This document shows positions 9,290 through 19,688 of a stretch of 64,000 nucleotides of DNA, in pieces. The DNA lies in the NCBI GenBank assembly GCA_020343595.1, contig CP070802.1:228435-292434 (forward strand), given 5' to 3'. A program made the translations under genes and the position numbers. Below the pieces are notes generated by a model. It was not told the origin of the DNA. It did not search any database and saw only the letters and a list, made by a program, of their open reading frames with translations. The DNA is from a candidate division WOR-3 bacterium (lineage in GTDB: Bacteria; Hydrothermota; Tepidihabitantia; SM23-42). Within the stretch, counting starts at the first letter, position 1; each line of letters opens with the position of its first letter.

Positions 9290-10624
9290 TCAAACCAAAG
9301 CAATTTTCACGGCCTCTTTCACATCACCGACGCCTACAAGTTCCATATTGAATCTTCCCGCACGTTGCTTACTCTTCTCAGGAATGATTCCAACATTGAA
9401 ACCAAGTTTCTCAGCTTCCTTCAATCTCGATTCAATACCGTAAACAGCTCTTACTTCGCCGCCAAGACCGACCTCACCGATGACCAGCGTTCCCTTTTCA
9501 ATGATTTTGTTCCTTACCGATGAAGCAATAGCAAGAATGAGACCGAGATCGCATCCCGGTTCGTTGATCTTGATCCCACCAACGGCATTGACAAAACAAT
9601 CCATACCATGCACACCGATGCCGACACGCCTCTCCAGTACCGCAAGAAGCATGGCCAGCCTCTTGTAATCAATACCGGTTGCCACGCGCTGCGGATAATT
9701 GAAGGATGCAGGACTGGTCAGTGCCTGCACCTCGACCAACAGTGGCCTCGTGCCTTCCATGACCGACGTTACTGCAGAACCGGATGCGATCGATTCAGAT
9801 ATGAAAAGACTGGACGGATTGGCAACCTCACTCAATCCATGTTCAGTCATCTCGAAGACACCGATTTCATTTGTCGAGCCAAAACGATTTTTCATTGCCC
9901 TCAGGATGCGGTACTGCTGCCCTTTATCTCCTTCGAAATACAGTACCGTATCAACAATATGCTCCAGCGTCTTTGGTCCGGCAATTACACCGAACTTCGT
10001 CACATGACCGATCAACACCGTTGTTATTTCCTGCTCTTTAGCAAATCGCATCAAATCGCTGCCGCATTCCCGGACCTGAGCCACTGAGCCTGGAGCGGAA
10101 GCAAGACCCGTCTTGTATGTGGTCTGTATTGAATCGATCACCAAAAGCTCTGGATTACATGCGCGCGCAGATTCGATTATTGAATCCAGGTCAGTCTCCG
10201 AAAGTAGATCGATGGTAGGATCGACACTGCCCAATCGCTCAGCGCGCATTCGAATCTGGTAAGGCGACTCTTCGCCGCTTGCATATAGGACACGACCTTG
10301 GCCCCGCGCTATGAGCGATGAAATTTGAAGCATCAACGTGGATTTTCCGATCCCTGGATCGCCACCCAGCAAGACCAGCGAGCCCTTAACAAAACCGCCG
10401 CCAAGTACTCGATCCAGCTCTCTGATGCCAATACTTTTCCGTTCCTTATCTGCAAAAGGAATGTCACGGAGTGAAACCGGTGCTGCGGCCTTTGCTTTCC
10501 TTGTCCCCTTGCTCTTCTCAAGTATCTCCTCAACCATTGAGTCATACGAGCCACATTCTGGACATCTACCTAGCCACTTAGGGGCAAAAGCACCACAACG
10601 CTGGCAAACGAATCTTGTCTTCAT
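9290..10624 (-). CDS. radA: DNA repair protein RadA/Sms
   Basis: 444 aa. N-terminal zinc ribbon CQRCGAFAPKWLGRCPECG, a RecA-like Walker A (GGDPGIGKST), the KNRFG motif and a Lon-like C-terminal domain. Confidence 0.9.
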   Translation of the reverse strand: MKTRFVCQRCGAFAPKWLGRCPECGSYDSMVEEILEKSKGTRKAKAAAPVSLRDIPFADKERKSIGIRELDRVLGGGFVKGSLVLLGGDPGIGKSTLMLQISSLIARGQGRVLYASGEESPYQIRMRAERLGSVDPTIDLLSETDLDSIIESARACNPELLVIDSIQTTYKTGLASAPGSVAQVRECGSDLMRFAKEQEITTVLIGHVTKFGVIAGPKTLEHIVDTVLYFEGDKGQQYRILRAMKNRFGSTNEIGVFEMTEHGLSEVANPSSLFISESIASGSAVTSVMEGTRPLLVEVQALTSPASFNYPQRVATGIDYKRLAMLLAVLERRVGIGVHGMDCFVNAVGGIKINEPGCDLGLILAIASSVRNKIIEKGTLVIGEVGLGGEVRAVYGIESRLKEAEKLGFNVGIIPEKSKQRAGRFNMELVGVGDVKEAVKIALV

Positions 10625-10652
10625 ACCGGGAAACAGACAGGGTAAAAGGAGA

Positions 10653-11396
10653 TCAGAAAACCTTTATATTTATGTACTTCTTCGGATTAGCATTAATATC
10701 TTCAATGAGCGCCTTAAGCGCAAGATTGGTTTCCCTTAGTTCGTTATAGAGTTCGTCAGATTTCAGCAGACGGCCAACTGTACCTTCCCCCTTAAAGAGA
10801 ACAGTAAGAGAATCCAACCGGACTGCAAGCATGTCGATCTTACCGACCGGTTCCTCTAACATCGACAGAAGCCGAGTGAGGCTCTTGTTCAAATCTGCAG
10901 AGATCCTGCGCACTGCTTGATCCAGATCAGGTATCTTTATCTTTCCGAAAGTCGTTATCAGACTATCCAATTGGCTCGCCAGAGCTTCCATATCGAGTGA
11001 ACCCCCGGTCCCATAGTAAACATCGGAGGTTTTGTCACTGATTCCGGGAGTTATCTTCACATACTTGTCCGCCCCGACATAACTGACTGAACGAATACTG
11101 AATTCTGAGTCTTCGGGAAGCCGAACGTCACGATCCATGGCAAGGACAACCTGCACTTGACCTTGGTCGATCTGCATTGATTTCACTTTGCCCTTCTCTA
11201 TTCCATAAACGAAAACCGGATCGCCGGTTCTTAACCCCTCGACATCCTGGAAGTATACGCTGGCGTCATAGGTGTTACGGAAGAATACCTTACCGGAAAG
11301 CCACGTGTAAAGGGCAATGAAAACAATAATGCCAACAACAACAAAAATACCAACAAATGTCTCCCTCAATCCTTTAGTCATATAATTCCTTTTCAA
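10653..11396 (-). CDS. mlaD: MCE-family lipid transport substrate-binding protein (MlaD-like)
   Basis: 247 aa. N-terminal transmembrane helix then an MCE domain. Lies in an operon with MlaF and MlaE homologues. Confidence 0.7.
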   Translation of the reverse strand: MKRNYMTKGLRETFVGIFVVVGIIVFIALYTWLSGKVFFRNTYDASVYFQDVEGLRTGDPVFVYGIEKGKVKSMQIDQGQVQVVLAMDRDVRLPEDSEFSIRSVSYVGADKYVKITPGISDKTSDVYYGTGGSLDMEALASQLDSLITTFGKIKIPDLDQAVRRISADLNKSLTRLLSMLEEPVGKIDMLAVRLDSLTVLFKGEGTVGRLLKSDELYNELRETNLALKALIEDINANPKKYINIKVF

Positions 11397-12060
11397 TCTT
11401 TGTCAATTTGGTTATCTTTCCCTTCTTGAGCATGTATATCTGGTCACCAACGGCCTTGGCTGTACTCAAATCGTGTGTCACAACTATGCCGCTATTCTTA
11501 TACCTCTTTTTCAAATCCTTTATAAGAGCAACGACCCTATCTGTCATTATCGGATCGAGCCCGGTTGTCGGTTCGTCATAGAATAAATACCGGGGACCCA
11601 GAGCTAATGCGCGGGCTACGGCGATCAGTCTCTTCATCCCTCCGGAGAGCGATTGTGGATAAAGATCCGCCTTGCCCTCCATGCCGACAACCTCAAGGAG
11701 ATGGCACACGCGCTCTCGAATATCTTTCGATGATAGGTTGGTATGTTCACGCAAAGGCAGCGCGATATTCTCCGCGACATTCATTGAATCAAAAAGAGCA
11801 GTACCCTGGAAAACAAAACCGACTTGCTTCCTTATCTCATATAACTCATTCGCAGTCGCATTCTGTATTGATTTTCCGTCAAAGATAACCTCGCCGCTAT
11901 CGACCGACATGAGACCTAATATCGATTTTAGCAAAACACTCTTTCCTGTGCCAGAAGGTCCTAGAACGACTACCAGAGAACCATCGTCGATGCAGAAACT
12001 CACATCATCGAGTACGACCTGCGAGTTGAAAGACTTTGATAGATTCTCTACCCTGATCAT
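11374..12060 (-). CDS. mlaF: ABC transporter ATP-binding protein MlaF-like
   Basis: 228 aa. Walker A GPSGTGKS, signature LSGGM, Walker B. Confidence 0.8.
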   Translation of the reverse strand: MIRVENLSKSFNSQVVLDDVSFCIDDGSLVVVLGPSGTGKSVLLKSILGLMSVDSGEVIFDGKSIQNATANELYEIRKQVGFVFQGTALFDSMNVAENIALPLREHTNLSSKDIRERVCHLLEVVGMEGKADLYPQSLSGGMKRLIAVARALALGPRYLFYDEPTTGLDPIMTDRVVALIKDLKKRYKNSGIVVTHDLSTAKAVGDQIYMLKKGKITKLTKIEKELYD

Positions 12061-12794
12061 CCGAATATCACTAATGCAATAAGGAAATCAAGCGTCAGTA
12101 TCAGAATCGACGCTGTCACGACCGCGTACGTCGCCGCACGACCAACCTCGCGTGCGCCGCCTCTGACGTTGAATCCGAAATAACAACCGGCGGTTGCGAT
12201 AACTATGGCGAAGAAAAGCGATTTCACCAAGCCGCCAAAGAAATCCTTAGCGTAGAAGAAATGAGTGAGGCCGTAATTAAAGACACCAAATGGAATATCA
12301 AGAAAGAAATGCGCATAAGCTCCGCTGACCAATAGCGCATCTAATTCTGCGATCACCGTGAGCACTGGTAGTGCAATGAAGGTTCCCACTATCCGCGGCA
12401 GACTAAGGAATCTGTGCGGGTTTATCGCCATGATCTCCAGCGCATCTATCTGCTCCGTAACGCGCATGGTTCCGATCTCGGCGGCCATGGATGACGCACA
12501 CCGCCCGCTGACCATCAAGGCGGTTAGAATTGGACCCAACTCTATCATTACCATACGCCCAACCGTCATGCCGAGTATGTATCTCGGCACAGTTCCCGCT
12601 ACCTGATATGAAGTCTGGACTATTGAGACCAGACCGACAAATGCTGCGATTATAAGAATAATAGGCAGCGATCCGATGCCAACTTCGAATACCTGACGCA
12701 GAATCCTGTATCTTGTATGCTTGAGTTGCCAGGGGATAAAAATACTACGAAAGAAGAAGGACGAAAAATCACCTATAGCGCTAAAAAGGTTCAC
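12057..12794 (-). CDS. mlaE: ABC transporter permease MlaE-like
   Basis: 245 aa polytopic membrane protein of the MlaE/Ttg2B family. Confidence 0.8.
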   Translation of the reverse strand: MNLFSAIGDFSSFFFRSIFIPWQLKHTRYRILRQVFEVGIGSLPIILIIAAFVGLVSIVQTSYQVAGTVPRYILGMTVGRMVMIELGPILTALMVSGRCASSMAAEIGTMRVTEQIDALEIMAINPHRFLSLPRIVGTFIALPVLTVIAELDALLVSGAYAHFFLDIPFGVFNYGLTHFFYAKDFFGGLVKSLFFAIVIATAGCYFGFNVRGGAREVGRAATYAVVTASILILTLDFLIALVIFG

Positions 12795-14142
12795 GTTCCT
12801 CCTCGACCAGCTCCTCCTCTCTCAGTGTTAAATTAGCAAACTGAGTGAATTCATTGAAGAAATTCAACTCGATGACACCGGTTGGACCATTCCGCTGTTT
12901 TGCCACAATGATCTCGGCAACGCCCTTCTTCTCGGTCTGTGGATCATAGACTTCATCCCGATAGATAAAGACTACAACATCGGCGTCCTGTTCGATCGCG
13001 CCGCTCTCACGCAAATCAGCCAATATTGGCCTTTTGTGTTCACGGTGCTCTGGCATCCTGGATAATTGGGAAACGACAACCATAGGACAATCCAGTTCTT
13101 TCGCAAGAGCTTTGAGCGATCTCGATATTTCGGAGATCTCCTGTTGTCGGGATACGGTTCTGGCTAATTTGGGGCCTTCCAGTAGTTGCAGATAATCAAC
13201 GATCAACATCTCGATATCATAATCCGCCTTCAAACGCCGGGCTTTGGCTTTGAGTTCGTATATCGATAGCTGGGCAGAATCATCGATCAATATCGGAGCC
13301 TTATCCAGATTACCGGCGGCCGTCGCCAGATTGACCCAATCCTCGTTACGCAACATCCCCCTCCGCAGGTTCTTCAGACTCACCTTCGCCTCGCTGCACA
13401 GCAAACGCTGGACCAGCGCTTCGCCTGACATTTCGACGGAGAAGATACCGGTTGGGACATTATTCCTTATGGCAGCATATGAAGCGACGTTCAGAACGAA
13501 AGCTGTCTTCCCCATTGAAGGTCTTCCGGCAACAACTATAAAATCACCTTTCTGGAAGCCTGACGTTATCTCATCGAGTTCATAGTAGCCGGTTTCGACT
13601 CCTGTAATCATCCGTGCGCCGCGCATCGACTCTGCAGTCTCGATTATTTTGGTAATATAACCCCTGATGCTGATCGGTTCCTTTCGGAGACCTTTCTCTT
13701 TGATCTGAAACACACTGTTCTGCGCATAGTCCACAAGCTCGGCTGCAGTTTGATTATCATCAAAACTGTTCTTCAGCATTTCCATGCCTACCTGAATGAT
13801 GCTTCGCTTGATCGCTTTATCAAGAACGACACGTGCGTGGTGTTCCACGTTCGCCGTCGTTAAGATGTTGCCGACGAGATTAGATAAATATTCAGGCCCG
13901 CCGATTTCATCGAGCATCTTGTTCTGTTTCAGCCAGTCATTCACCGTAACAAGATCCGCGGTTACATTCCGGTTAAACAGATTCAGGATCGCACGGTAGA
14001 TCTTCTGGTTCGCCGCCTGGTAGAAATGCTCCTCGCTGAGAATCTCCATTGCCTTCGGCAGCGCGCTGGGGTCCAGTAAGATCGCACCCAGTACCGATTC
14101 CTCTGCTTCCTGTGAATGAGGGGGTACTCGCTTTTCTTCCAT
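12781..14142 (-). CDS. dnaB: Replicative DNA helicase DnaB
   Basis: 453 aa. DnaB N-terminal domain (SQEAEESVLGAILLDP), Walker A GRPSMGKT, and the RecA-like C-terminal domain. Confidence 0.9.
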   Translation of the reverse strand: MEEKRVPPHSQEAEESVLGAILLDPSALPKAMEILSEEHFYQAANQKIYRAILNLFNRNVTADLVTVNDWLKQNKMLDEIGGPEYLSNLVGNILTTANVEHHARVVLDKAIKRSIIQVGMEMLKNSFDDNQTAAELVDYAQNSVFQIKEKGLRKEPISIRGYITKIIETAESMRGARMITGVETGYYELDEITSGFQKGDFIVVAGRPSMGKTAFVLNVASYAAIRNNVPTGIFSVEMSGEALVQRLLCSEAKVSLKNLRRGMLRNEDWVNLATAAGNLDKAPILIDDSAQLSIYELKAKARRLKADYDIEMLIVDYLQLLEGPKLARTVSRQQEISEISRSLKALAKELDCPMVVVSQLSRMPEHREHKRPILADLRESGAIEQDADVVVFIYRDEVYDPQTEKKGVAEIIVAKQRNGPTGVIELNFFNEFTQFANLTLREEELVEEEREPF

Positions 14143-15315
14143 CTATTTACAAGCCTTACTGTCCATCAAAAGGATACATTCATCGAGAATGCGGTTCGCG
14201 ATCTGCCATTTCGTCTGGTCGCCCAGATCCTCCTTCTCAGAGTTGCGCTTCATCATACTCACAGCAGCTCGTTCTGCACCAATTGCGGCAGGCGTATTGA
14301 AAACGACAATGTCCATGTTTTTTTTGTTCATCTTGTGCTGTGCTCGGGCAAGTTGATCAGAGGTCTCAAGAGAGAAACCGACAACAATCCGTGTTCCTTT
14401 TTCCTTCGTGATCTCCTTGAGTAAATCGATATTTTTCTTGAGACTGAGTTCAAACTTCTCATCATGAATCTTGATGCTACTTTGATCCAGCGGCCTGTAG
14501 TCCCCGACCGCAGCAGCCATTATCAAGCAATCGCACCAAGAGAAATCATTCTTCAGTGCGTCAAGCATCTCAGCCGACGTCCTTACCCTGGTAATATCCA
14601 TACCATCAGGTAACTGGCATGCAGCTTCGCCGACTATAGCCTTAACAGTACCTCCCCGGCAGAATATTGCCTGAATCAACTCGGCCGCCATCAAACCGGT
14701 AGAGCGATTGGTCACAACGCGCACCGGATCTATATCCTCTTCAGTTCGTCCGCCGGTCACAAGGAACTTCTTACCGCCAAGATCTCGGTGTTTATCGATT
14801 ATGGATACTATCTTCTTTCCGATGACCGCTACCGACGGGAATCTACCCCGGCCTATCTTTCCCGAAGCAAGCGCGCCTACGACCGGATCGACAAACCTGA
14901 AACCGTTGTTCTTCAAGATAGCAACGTTCTTCTTCACGATGGGATTATCCCACATGCCTTCGTCCATCGCCGGGACAAAAAGCACAGGCTTCTGACAGGA
15001 GAGTAAAGAGGTTGATAGCAGGTCATCTCCAATGCCGGATGCGGCCTTGCCGAGAATATTTGCGGTTGCCGGTGCCACCACGAGAATATCCGCCCACTCA
15101 CACAGGGTCAGATGCTTGATGCCCGTCGTCAAAACGAACTGATCAACATACACTTCGTAACCGGACAAGGTTTGACAACTCAGCGGGGTAACGAATTCGA
15201 GGGCTGACCGTGTCAGAACAAACCGCACTTCAGCACCCTGTCTCTTCAGCAATCGTGCCAGTTCAAGTGCCTTGTAGGCAGCGATTGAGCCGGTCACACC
15301 GAGCAATACCTTCAT
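14143..15315 (-). CDS. coaBC: Bifunctional phosphopantothenoylcysteine decarboxylase / phosphopantothenate-cysteine ligase
   Basis: 390 aa. Flavoprotein N-domain (LLGVTGSIAAYK) plus a CoaB ligase C-domain. Confidence 0.9.
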   Translation of the reverse strand: MKVLLGVTGSIAAYKALELARLLKRQGAEVRFVLTRSALEFVTPLSCQTLSGYEVYVDQFVLTTGIKHLTLCEWADILVVAPATANILGKAASGIGDDLLSTSLLSCQKPVLFVPAMDEGMWDNPIVKKNVAILKNNGFRFVDPVVGALASGKIGRGRFPSVAVIGKKIVSIIDKHRDLGGKKFLVTGGRTEEDIDPVRVVTNRSTGLMAAELIQAIFCRGGTVKAIVGEAACQLPDGMDITRVRTSAEMLDALKNDFSWCDCLIMAAAVGDYRPLDQSSIKIHDEKFELSLKKNIDLLKEITKEKGTRIVVGFSLETSDQLARAQHKMNKKNMDIVVFNTPAAIGAERAAVSMMKRNSEKEDLGDQTKWQIANRILDECILLMDSKACK

Positions 15316-15497
15316 TCGTTGAACTTTATTTTTGCGCTCAGCAGACGGCGCATGGACTCGAGTACCGGATTCATCTTCTCATCCACAAGGCCCTTGCCCT
15401 GTTCTTCCTTCAATCTGCGCGCCTCGAGCGATGCAACATTGATAGCCTTGTATTTATTCTGAAATTTCTTCCATATTTTCTCAACGGGAACTATCAT
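15312..15497 (-). CDS. rpoZ: DNA-directed RNA polymerase subunit omega
   Basis: 61 aa. NKYKAINVASLEARRLKEE resembles the RpoZ core. It lies immediately upstream of coaBC, a common arrangement. Confidence 0.55.
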   Translation of the reverse strand: MIVPVEKIWKKFQNKYKAINVASLEARRLKEEQGKGLVDEKMNPVLESMRRLLSAKIKFNE

Positions 15498-15541
15498 TGA
15501 ACCTCCTTTTGTATTCTACGCAATTTGCTCTCTGTGTCAAT

Positions 15542-16051
15542 CTAATATTCAAAACCTTCGCGCGCCTTAGTGCCTTTGTTAAAGTAATGTCTAACCTCTC
15601 GGCATTCGGTTATGAGGTCGGCATAAGGCTCAAGCTCTTCAGGCATGTAACGTCCGGTCAGTATCAGCGTGACGTCAGCTGATTTTCGCTTGAATAGTGC
15701 TATGATATCTGCGCTTTCTATCAGGCCGAAATTCGCAGCCACATTGATCTCATCGAGAATCACAATATCATACTTACGGCTATCCACGGCTTCAGAAGCT
15801 CTTGCCAGCCCTGCCCTGGCGAGACGGATGTCCTCTTCATCTGGATTCTCCGGATTCACGAAATCGGGACGACCAAACTGTTCGATCGTAAAGTTGGGTA
15901 ATTTTTTCGCCGCTTCCAGCTCTCCATAGTTGATCTTACCTTTCATGAACTGGATCATCAACACCTTCAAGCCGTGGCCGATGGCGCGCATTGCTTGACC
16001 CAGTGCCGCTGTCGTTTTGCCTTTTCCATTCCCGGTATATATATGTATCAT
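15542..16051 (-). CDS. Cob(I)yrinic acid a,c-diamide (corrinoid) adenosyltransferase, CobO/BtuR type
   Basis: 169 aa. P-loop GNGKGKTTAALG and the conserved IVILDEI and FNKGTKAREGFEY motifs. Confidence 0.8.
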   Translation of the reverse strand: MIHIYTGNGKGKTTAALGQAMRAIGHGLKVLMIQFMKGKINYGELEAAKKLPNFTIEQFGRPDFVNPENPDEEDIRLARAGLARASEAVDSRKYDIVILDEINVAANFGLIESADIIALFKRKSADVTLILTGRYMPEELEPYADLITECREVRHYFNKGTKAREGFEY

Positions 16052-16097
16052 TTTTCGCCCTCTAATTCTCTAGATGGCAGGACCAAACAGAATGCAT

Positions 16098-16802
16098 TCA
16101 ATTCAATAACCTGCAATCACCAGCAATGATATGCTCTATGGCATAGTCGGCACGCATTATGATCAATCCCCCCTGGTGGTCTATATCAAGGACTTTGCCA
16201 ACAACCAACCTGCCCGGCAGTTCAATGCTCACATCACGACCGCGCATAAGTGTATATTCACGCCATTTTGAGAGCAGCGCATCAACTTCTTCATTCTTCA
16301 GCAGACCGTAGTACGTATCAAGAGACTTGCACAGGTTATGGTAGAAGCTCTGAGGGTCAAGATGCTTCTTTGTTTCGATGAATATCGAACTTGCCTTATC
16401 ACGAAGATCATCGGGGAACTGCCGGACATTAAGATTGATGCCCACACCCAGAATGACATTCTCGTCGACGATTTCAGGTAGAATACCCGCAATTTTCCTG
16501 TCGTTGAGTAGTATATCGTTAGGCCATTTTATTTTTGTATCGATGCCGTATCCGGAAAAGGTCTCACAGATCGCAACACCTGCGATGAGCGAGACCAGAC
16601 AGTTCTGATGATGTTTTAGTAAAACCGACATCCACAGGCCGCCCTCGGGCGAATACCACGAACGACCCCTGCTTCCTCGACCAGAGCTCTGTACATCAGC
16701 AACAACTACCGTGCCCTCAGGAGCGTTTTCCAGTATTTGCTTTATGTAGTCGTTTGTAGATCCGATTTCGTTCAATCTGTAGTATTTGCTCCCAACGATC
16801 AT
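16098..16802 (-). CDS. birA: Biotin--[acetyl-CoA-carboxylase] ligase (no N-terminal HTH)
   Basis: 234 aa. BirA catalytic motif QSSGRGSRGRSWYSPEGGLWMSVLL. Confidence 0.8.
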   Translation of the reverse strand: MIVGSKYYRLNEIGSTNDYIKQILENAPEGTVVVADVQSSGRGSRGRSWYSPEGGLWMSVLLKHHQNCLVSLIAGVAICETFSGYGIDTKIKWPNDILLNDRKIAGILPEIVDENVILGVGINLNVRQFPDDLRDKASSIFIETKKHLDPQSFYHNLCKSLDTYYGLLKNEEVDALLSKWREYTLMRGRDVSIELPGRLVVGKVLDIDHQGGLIIMRADYAIEHIIAGDCRLLN

Positions 16803-16818
16803 CGATACTCCGGATACA

Positions 16819-18066
16819 CTACTCTGTCTTCTTGAAGATCATGGCAACGACGGTCTTATCATTCCCACCCATGCTCGAAAGCATACCGTAAGGGCGCTCT
16901 GAACTAATCTCTACTTGATACTCACCGGCCTTGCCCGAAAGTTGATGAACGATATCGACTGCCTGGCGGACACCTGTTGCGCCAGTCGGATGGCCGTAGC
17001 CAATGAGTCCGCCAGAGGTATTCGTAGGTATCAAACCATCAAGGCTGGTATTACCGTCCTTAACAAAATCAGCCCCTTCACCATAACCAGCCAGACCGGC
17101 TGCTTCGACTGCCAGTAGCCCGGCCACAGTAAAACAATCATGTACTTCCAGAACGCCAAGGTCCTTCGGTTGTATACCTGCCCTCTCATACGCGCGCTTG
17201 GCGGCCATTTCACATGTAGTCAGTTTGGTCAGATCAGGCGGTGGCGTGGTCAAATTATCCTGCACCTGGGCGTAGGCGATGACTTCGACAGCATCATTCT
17301 TGCTGACACCGATCTTCTCTAATCCTCGCTCAGATGCAAAGAGCAACCCAGCAGCACCATCAGAGACTTTGGAACAATCAAAAACATTGATGTACTCACA
17401 GAACGCCTTCGGGTTCGGTGATGTCATACCGGTCCCATTGAGATCGCTGTTCTTGTTATGATACTCCTGGGCTTTTGGGTTTTTACGTGCATTCTCAATC
17501 GCATTTACGTACCAGCGGGCCATGCCCGGACGGACTCTATCATATCCGAACTTATCAAAACAGGCACCGGCCCGTTGAGAAAACTGGTCGGGGAAGAAAT
17601 ACGCGTGCCCCTGCTTGCGCTCGCCAGAGTACCAACCTGCTGCTGCCAGGTAATCAGCACCGTACACAGCTTTGACGGTATTCTGGACTTCAACGCCCAA
17701 GCACATTACAACATCGGCAATGTCCGCAAGCACGGTCTTAACCGCAGCAGCGAGAGCCAAGCCGCCTGAATCGCATGCCCCTTCAACACGCATACACGGT
17801 TTGTACTGAAACGTATCGTGAACCATCGGAAAGAATCCGCCAAGGTTACCCTGATGACAGAATCTCGAGGCTATGAAATTACCAATGATACCTTCATCAA
17901 TGTGTTCGGGATTACTTATCTGTTCGATCACTCCGAGTCCAGCTTCTTTGATGTAGTGTTCAATACCTGGACGTGGCTTCTTGGGATGAAATTCCTTTCT
18001 CCCCGTACCAAGCGAGACCGTGTAGAAACCGGAACAGGCATACACCTTCTTTCTGAAAAATGACAT
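16819..18066 (-). CDS. Thiolase-like protein (SCP-x / DUF35-associated thiolase family)
   Basis: About 415 aa. Thiolase fold with an active-site Cys region, and C-terminal GYGHPTGATG plus HDCF motifs. The likely start is the ATG at 18066 (MSFFRKK) with a GGAGG RBS 6 nt upstream. The track ORF extends to 18096. Confidence 0.75.
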   Translation of the reverse strand: MSFFRKKVYACSGFYTVSLGTGRKEFHPKKPRPGIEHYIKEAGLGVIEQISNPEHIDEGIIGNFIASRFCHQGNLGGFFPMVHDTFQYKPCMRVEGACDSGGLALAAAVKTVLADIADVVMCLGVEVQNTVKAVYGADYLAAAGWYSGERKQGHAYFFPDQFSQRAGACFDKFGYDRVRPGMARWYVNAIENARKNPKAQEYHNKNSDLNGTGMTSPNPKAFCEYINVFDCSKVSDGAAGLLFASERGLEKIGVSKNDAVEVIAYAQVQDNLTTPPPDLTKLTTCEMAAKRAYERAGIQPKDLGVLEVHDCFTVAGLLAVEAAGLAGYGEGADFVKDGNTSLDGLIPTNTSGGLIGYGHPTGATGVRQAVDIVHQLSGKAGEYQVEISSERPYGMLSSMGGNDKTVVAMIFKKTE

Positions 18067-18212
18067 AAAAACCTCCTTCAAGGAGTAAAAATCCAATAAT
18101 CAAGCAACAAATTCCAAATAATATCCAATTCTCAATACCCAAATTCCCAGACATATGGTCAGAATTCTCGAATTTGACATTTGTTTGTTATTTGCAGTTT
18201 GTGATTTGGGAT
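18067..18212. promoter_or_regulatory. AT-rich promoter region of the thiolase gene, carrying a motif shared with 19557..19688
   Basis: Contains CCAAATAATATCCAA and TTTGTGATTTGGGATTTACTCC. The same blocks recur upstream of the 3-hydroxyacyl-CoA dehydrogenase gene. Confidence 0.4.
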
Positions 18213-19556
18213 TTACTCCAAATAGTTATTTATCGGTCCGTAGAGCCAGAAGAAACCGTTCATGAGGACAGCATTGACATCCTCGCCCGAATTGGCCACG
18301 CCTCTACTCACAAGACCTTCTGCAATATCCTTGGTCTTTTTCAAGAAGGCAGTCGCAAGCTGAGCACCGAGCGTATCCATTGCCGTAATCTTTTCAAAAT
18401 GCTGCCTCAACTTCTCTTCCTTGTTGCTGTCCATGAGCAACCCACGCCAGGGCACAAAGCCGTCGGGCAATGGCCCCAATTTCTTGTCCATTCTCTTTCG
18501 CCACTCTTCGGAAATATGAAAATATTCCTTCTTTCTCAAGTCATAAATACCAACCGGGCGGTTCTTCTCGTATTTTAAGAATCCATCCTTCTGCGACCCA
18601 TCGGCATACTGACCACCAAGCACCTTATACTTGGCCATCCTGTCGATCAATTTGCTTCTCAATGAATCATCAGGAAGGTGTGTACGCATGACCTTCAATA
18701 TACACTGAAAAACGTCAATACCGACGTAGTCGATCAACTGGAATATTCCCATCGGTCTAACGAGAAAATCCTGCGTTATCCTGTTGACGGCATAGACCGC
18801 GCCGGGATAACGGAACTTCGCTTTCAGCCTGTCGACTTCAGCAATCCCGTGAAGCCCATCACGGATGAAATGTCCATTACCGATAAACCCTGATATATCA
18901 TTCGCCGGCACCAATTTCTTACGCAGTCGTTTACCGAGTTCGCCCGCAACAGCTTTCAGCTCCTCCGTAGTGTTCTTTGCCGCGATCACTTCCACCAATC
19001 TTTGAACCACAGGTGGATTGTAGAAATGGTAGCCAATGAGCCGTCCGCCAAGCCCGGCACTGTCATCAAGGTATCCGATCGGAATGCTTGACGTATTAGT
19101 GAGATACAGCGTGTCTTTGCTGCACATCCTATTCAATTTCTTGTATATCTTTATCTTTACCTTCTCATTCTCAAATATTGCTTCGAATATCAAGTGGCTC
19201 TTCGCGGCAATACCGAGATCAGTACTGTAATTCAGAACGCTCGTGGAATCATCAACGAACGCATTGATAATATCGCTGTTCTCGACGAGATCCTTTCTGT
19301 GCCTGTACAGTTCCCTGAGCATAACAGTTGACTTTTCGCCAGCCTTCACAAGTTGAGCCTTCATGTAAGCCCTGAGACCATCAAGTGCCTCTTCGCTTAC
19401 ATCCACCAAGTTGAGCCTATAAATATTGCCCTTGTTTTCAGGTACTAACTTCAGTCTGGCCATCTCTTGTGCAATGAGTACTCCAATACCGCTGCCCATC
19501 TTACCGGCCGCACCGATAATCGTTACGTTCTGAAGCCTCTGATCAAGGTCCATCAA
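18213..19556 (-). CDS. 3-hydroxyacyl-CoA dehydrogenase family protein (long form)
   Basis: 447 aa. N-terminal Rossmann motif IIGAAGKMGSGIG, and the 3HCDH N- and C-terminal domains. Confidence 0.8.
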   Translation of the reverse strand: MMDLDQRLQNVTIIGAAGKMGSGIGVLIAQEMARLKLVPENKGNIYRLNLVDVSEEALDGLRAYMKAQLVKAGEKSTVMLRELYRHRKDLVENSDIINAFVDDSTSVLNYSTDLGIAAKSHLIFEAIFENEKVKIKIYKKLNRMCSKDTLYLTNTSSIPIGYLDDSAGLGGRLIGYHFYNPPVVQRLVEVIAAKNTTEELKAVAGELGKRLRKKLVPANDISGFIGNGHFIRDGLHGIAEVDRLKAKFRYPGAVYAVNRITQDFLVRPMGIFQLIDYVGIDVFQCILKVMRTHLPDDSLRSKLIDRMAKYKVLGGQYADGSQKDGFLKYEKNRPVGIYDLRKKEYFHISEEWRKRMDKKLGPLPDGFVPWRGLLMDSNKEEKLRQHFEKITAMDTLGAQLATAFLKKTKDIAEGLVSRGVANSGEDVNAVLMNGFFWLYGPINNYLE

Positions 19557-19688
19557 ACCTCCTTCCTTATCGAAATATCAAATCACAAGAATCAAAAAAC
19601 AAATAATATCCAAATCACAAATTCAATGTTTCTTTTGGATATTAGTTATTGTGGTTTATTTGTAATTTGGGGTTTGCCTTTTGGGATT
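19557..19688. promoter_or_regulatory. AT-rich promoter region of the 3-hydroxyacyl-CoA dehydrogenase gene with an 11 bp inverted repeat
   Basis: Sense strand: TAATATCCAAA-N21-TTTGGATATTA is a perfect inverted repeat. It shares TTGGATATTATTTG and TTTGTGATTTGG blocks with 18067..18212. Confidence 0.4.
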
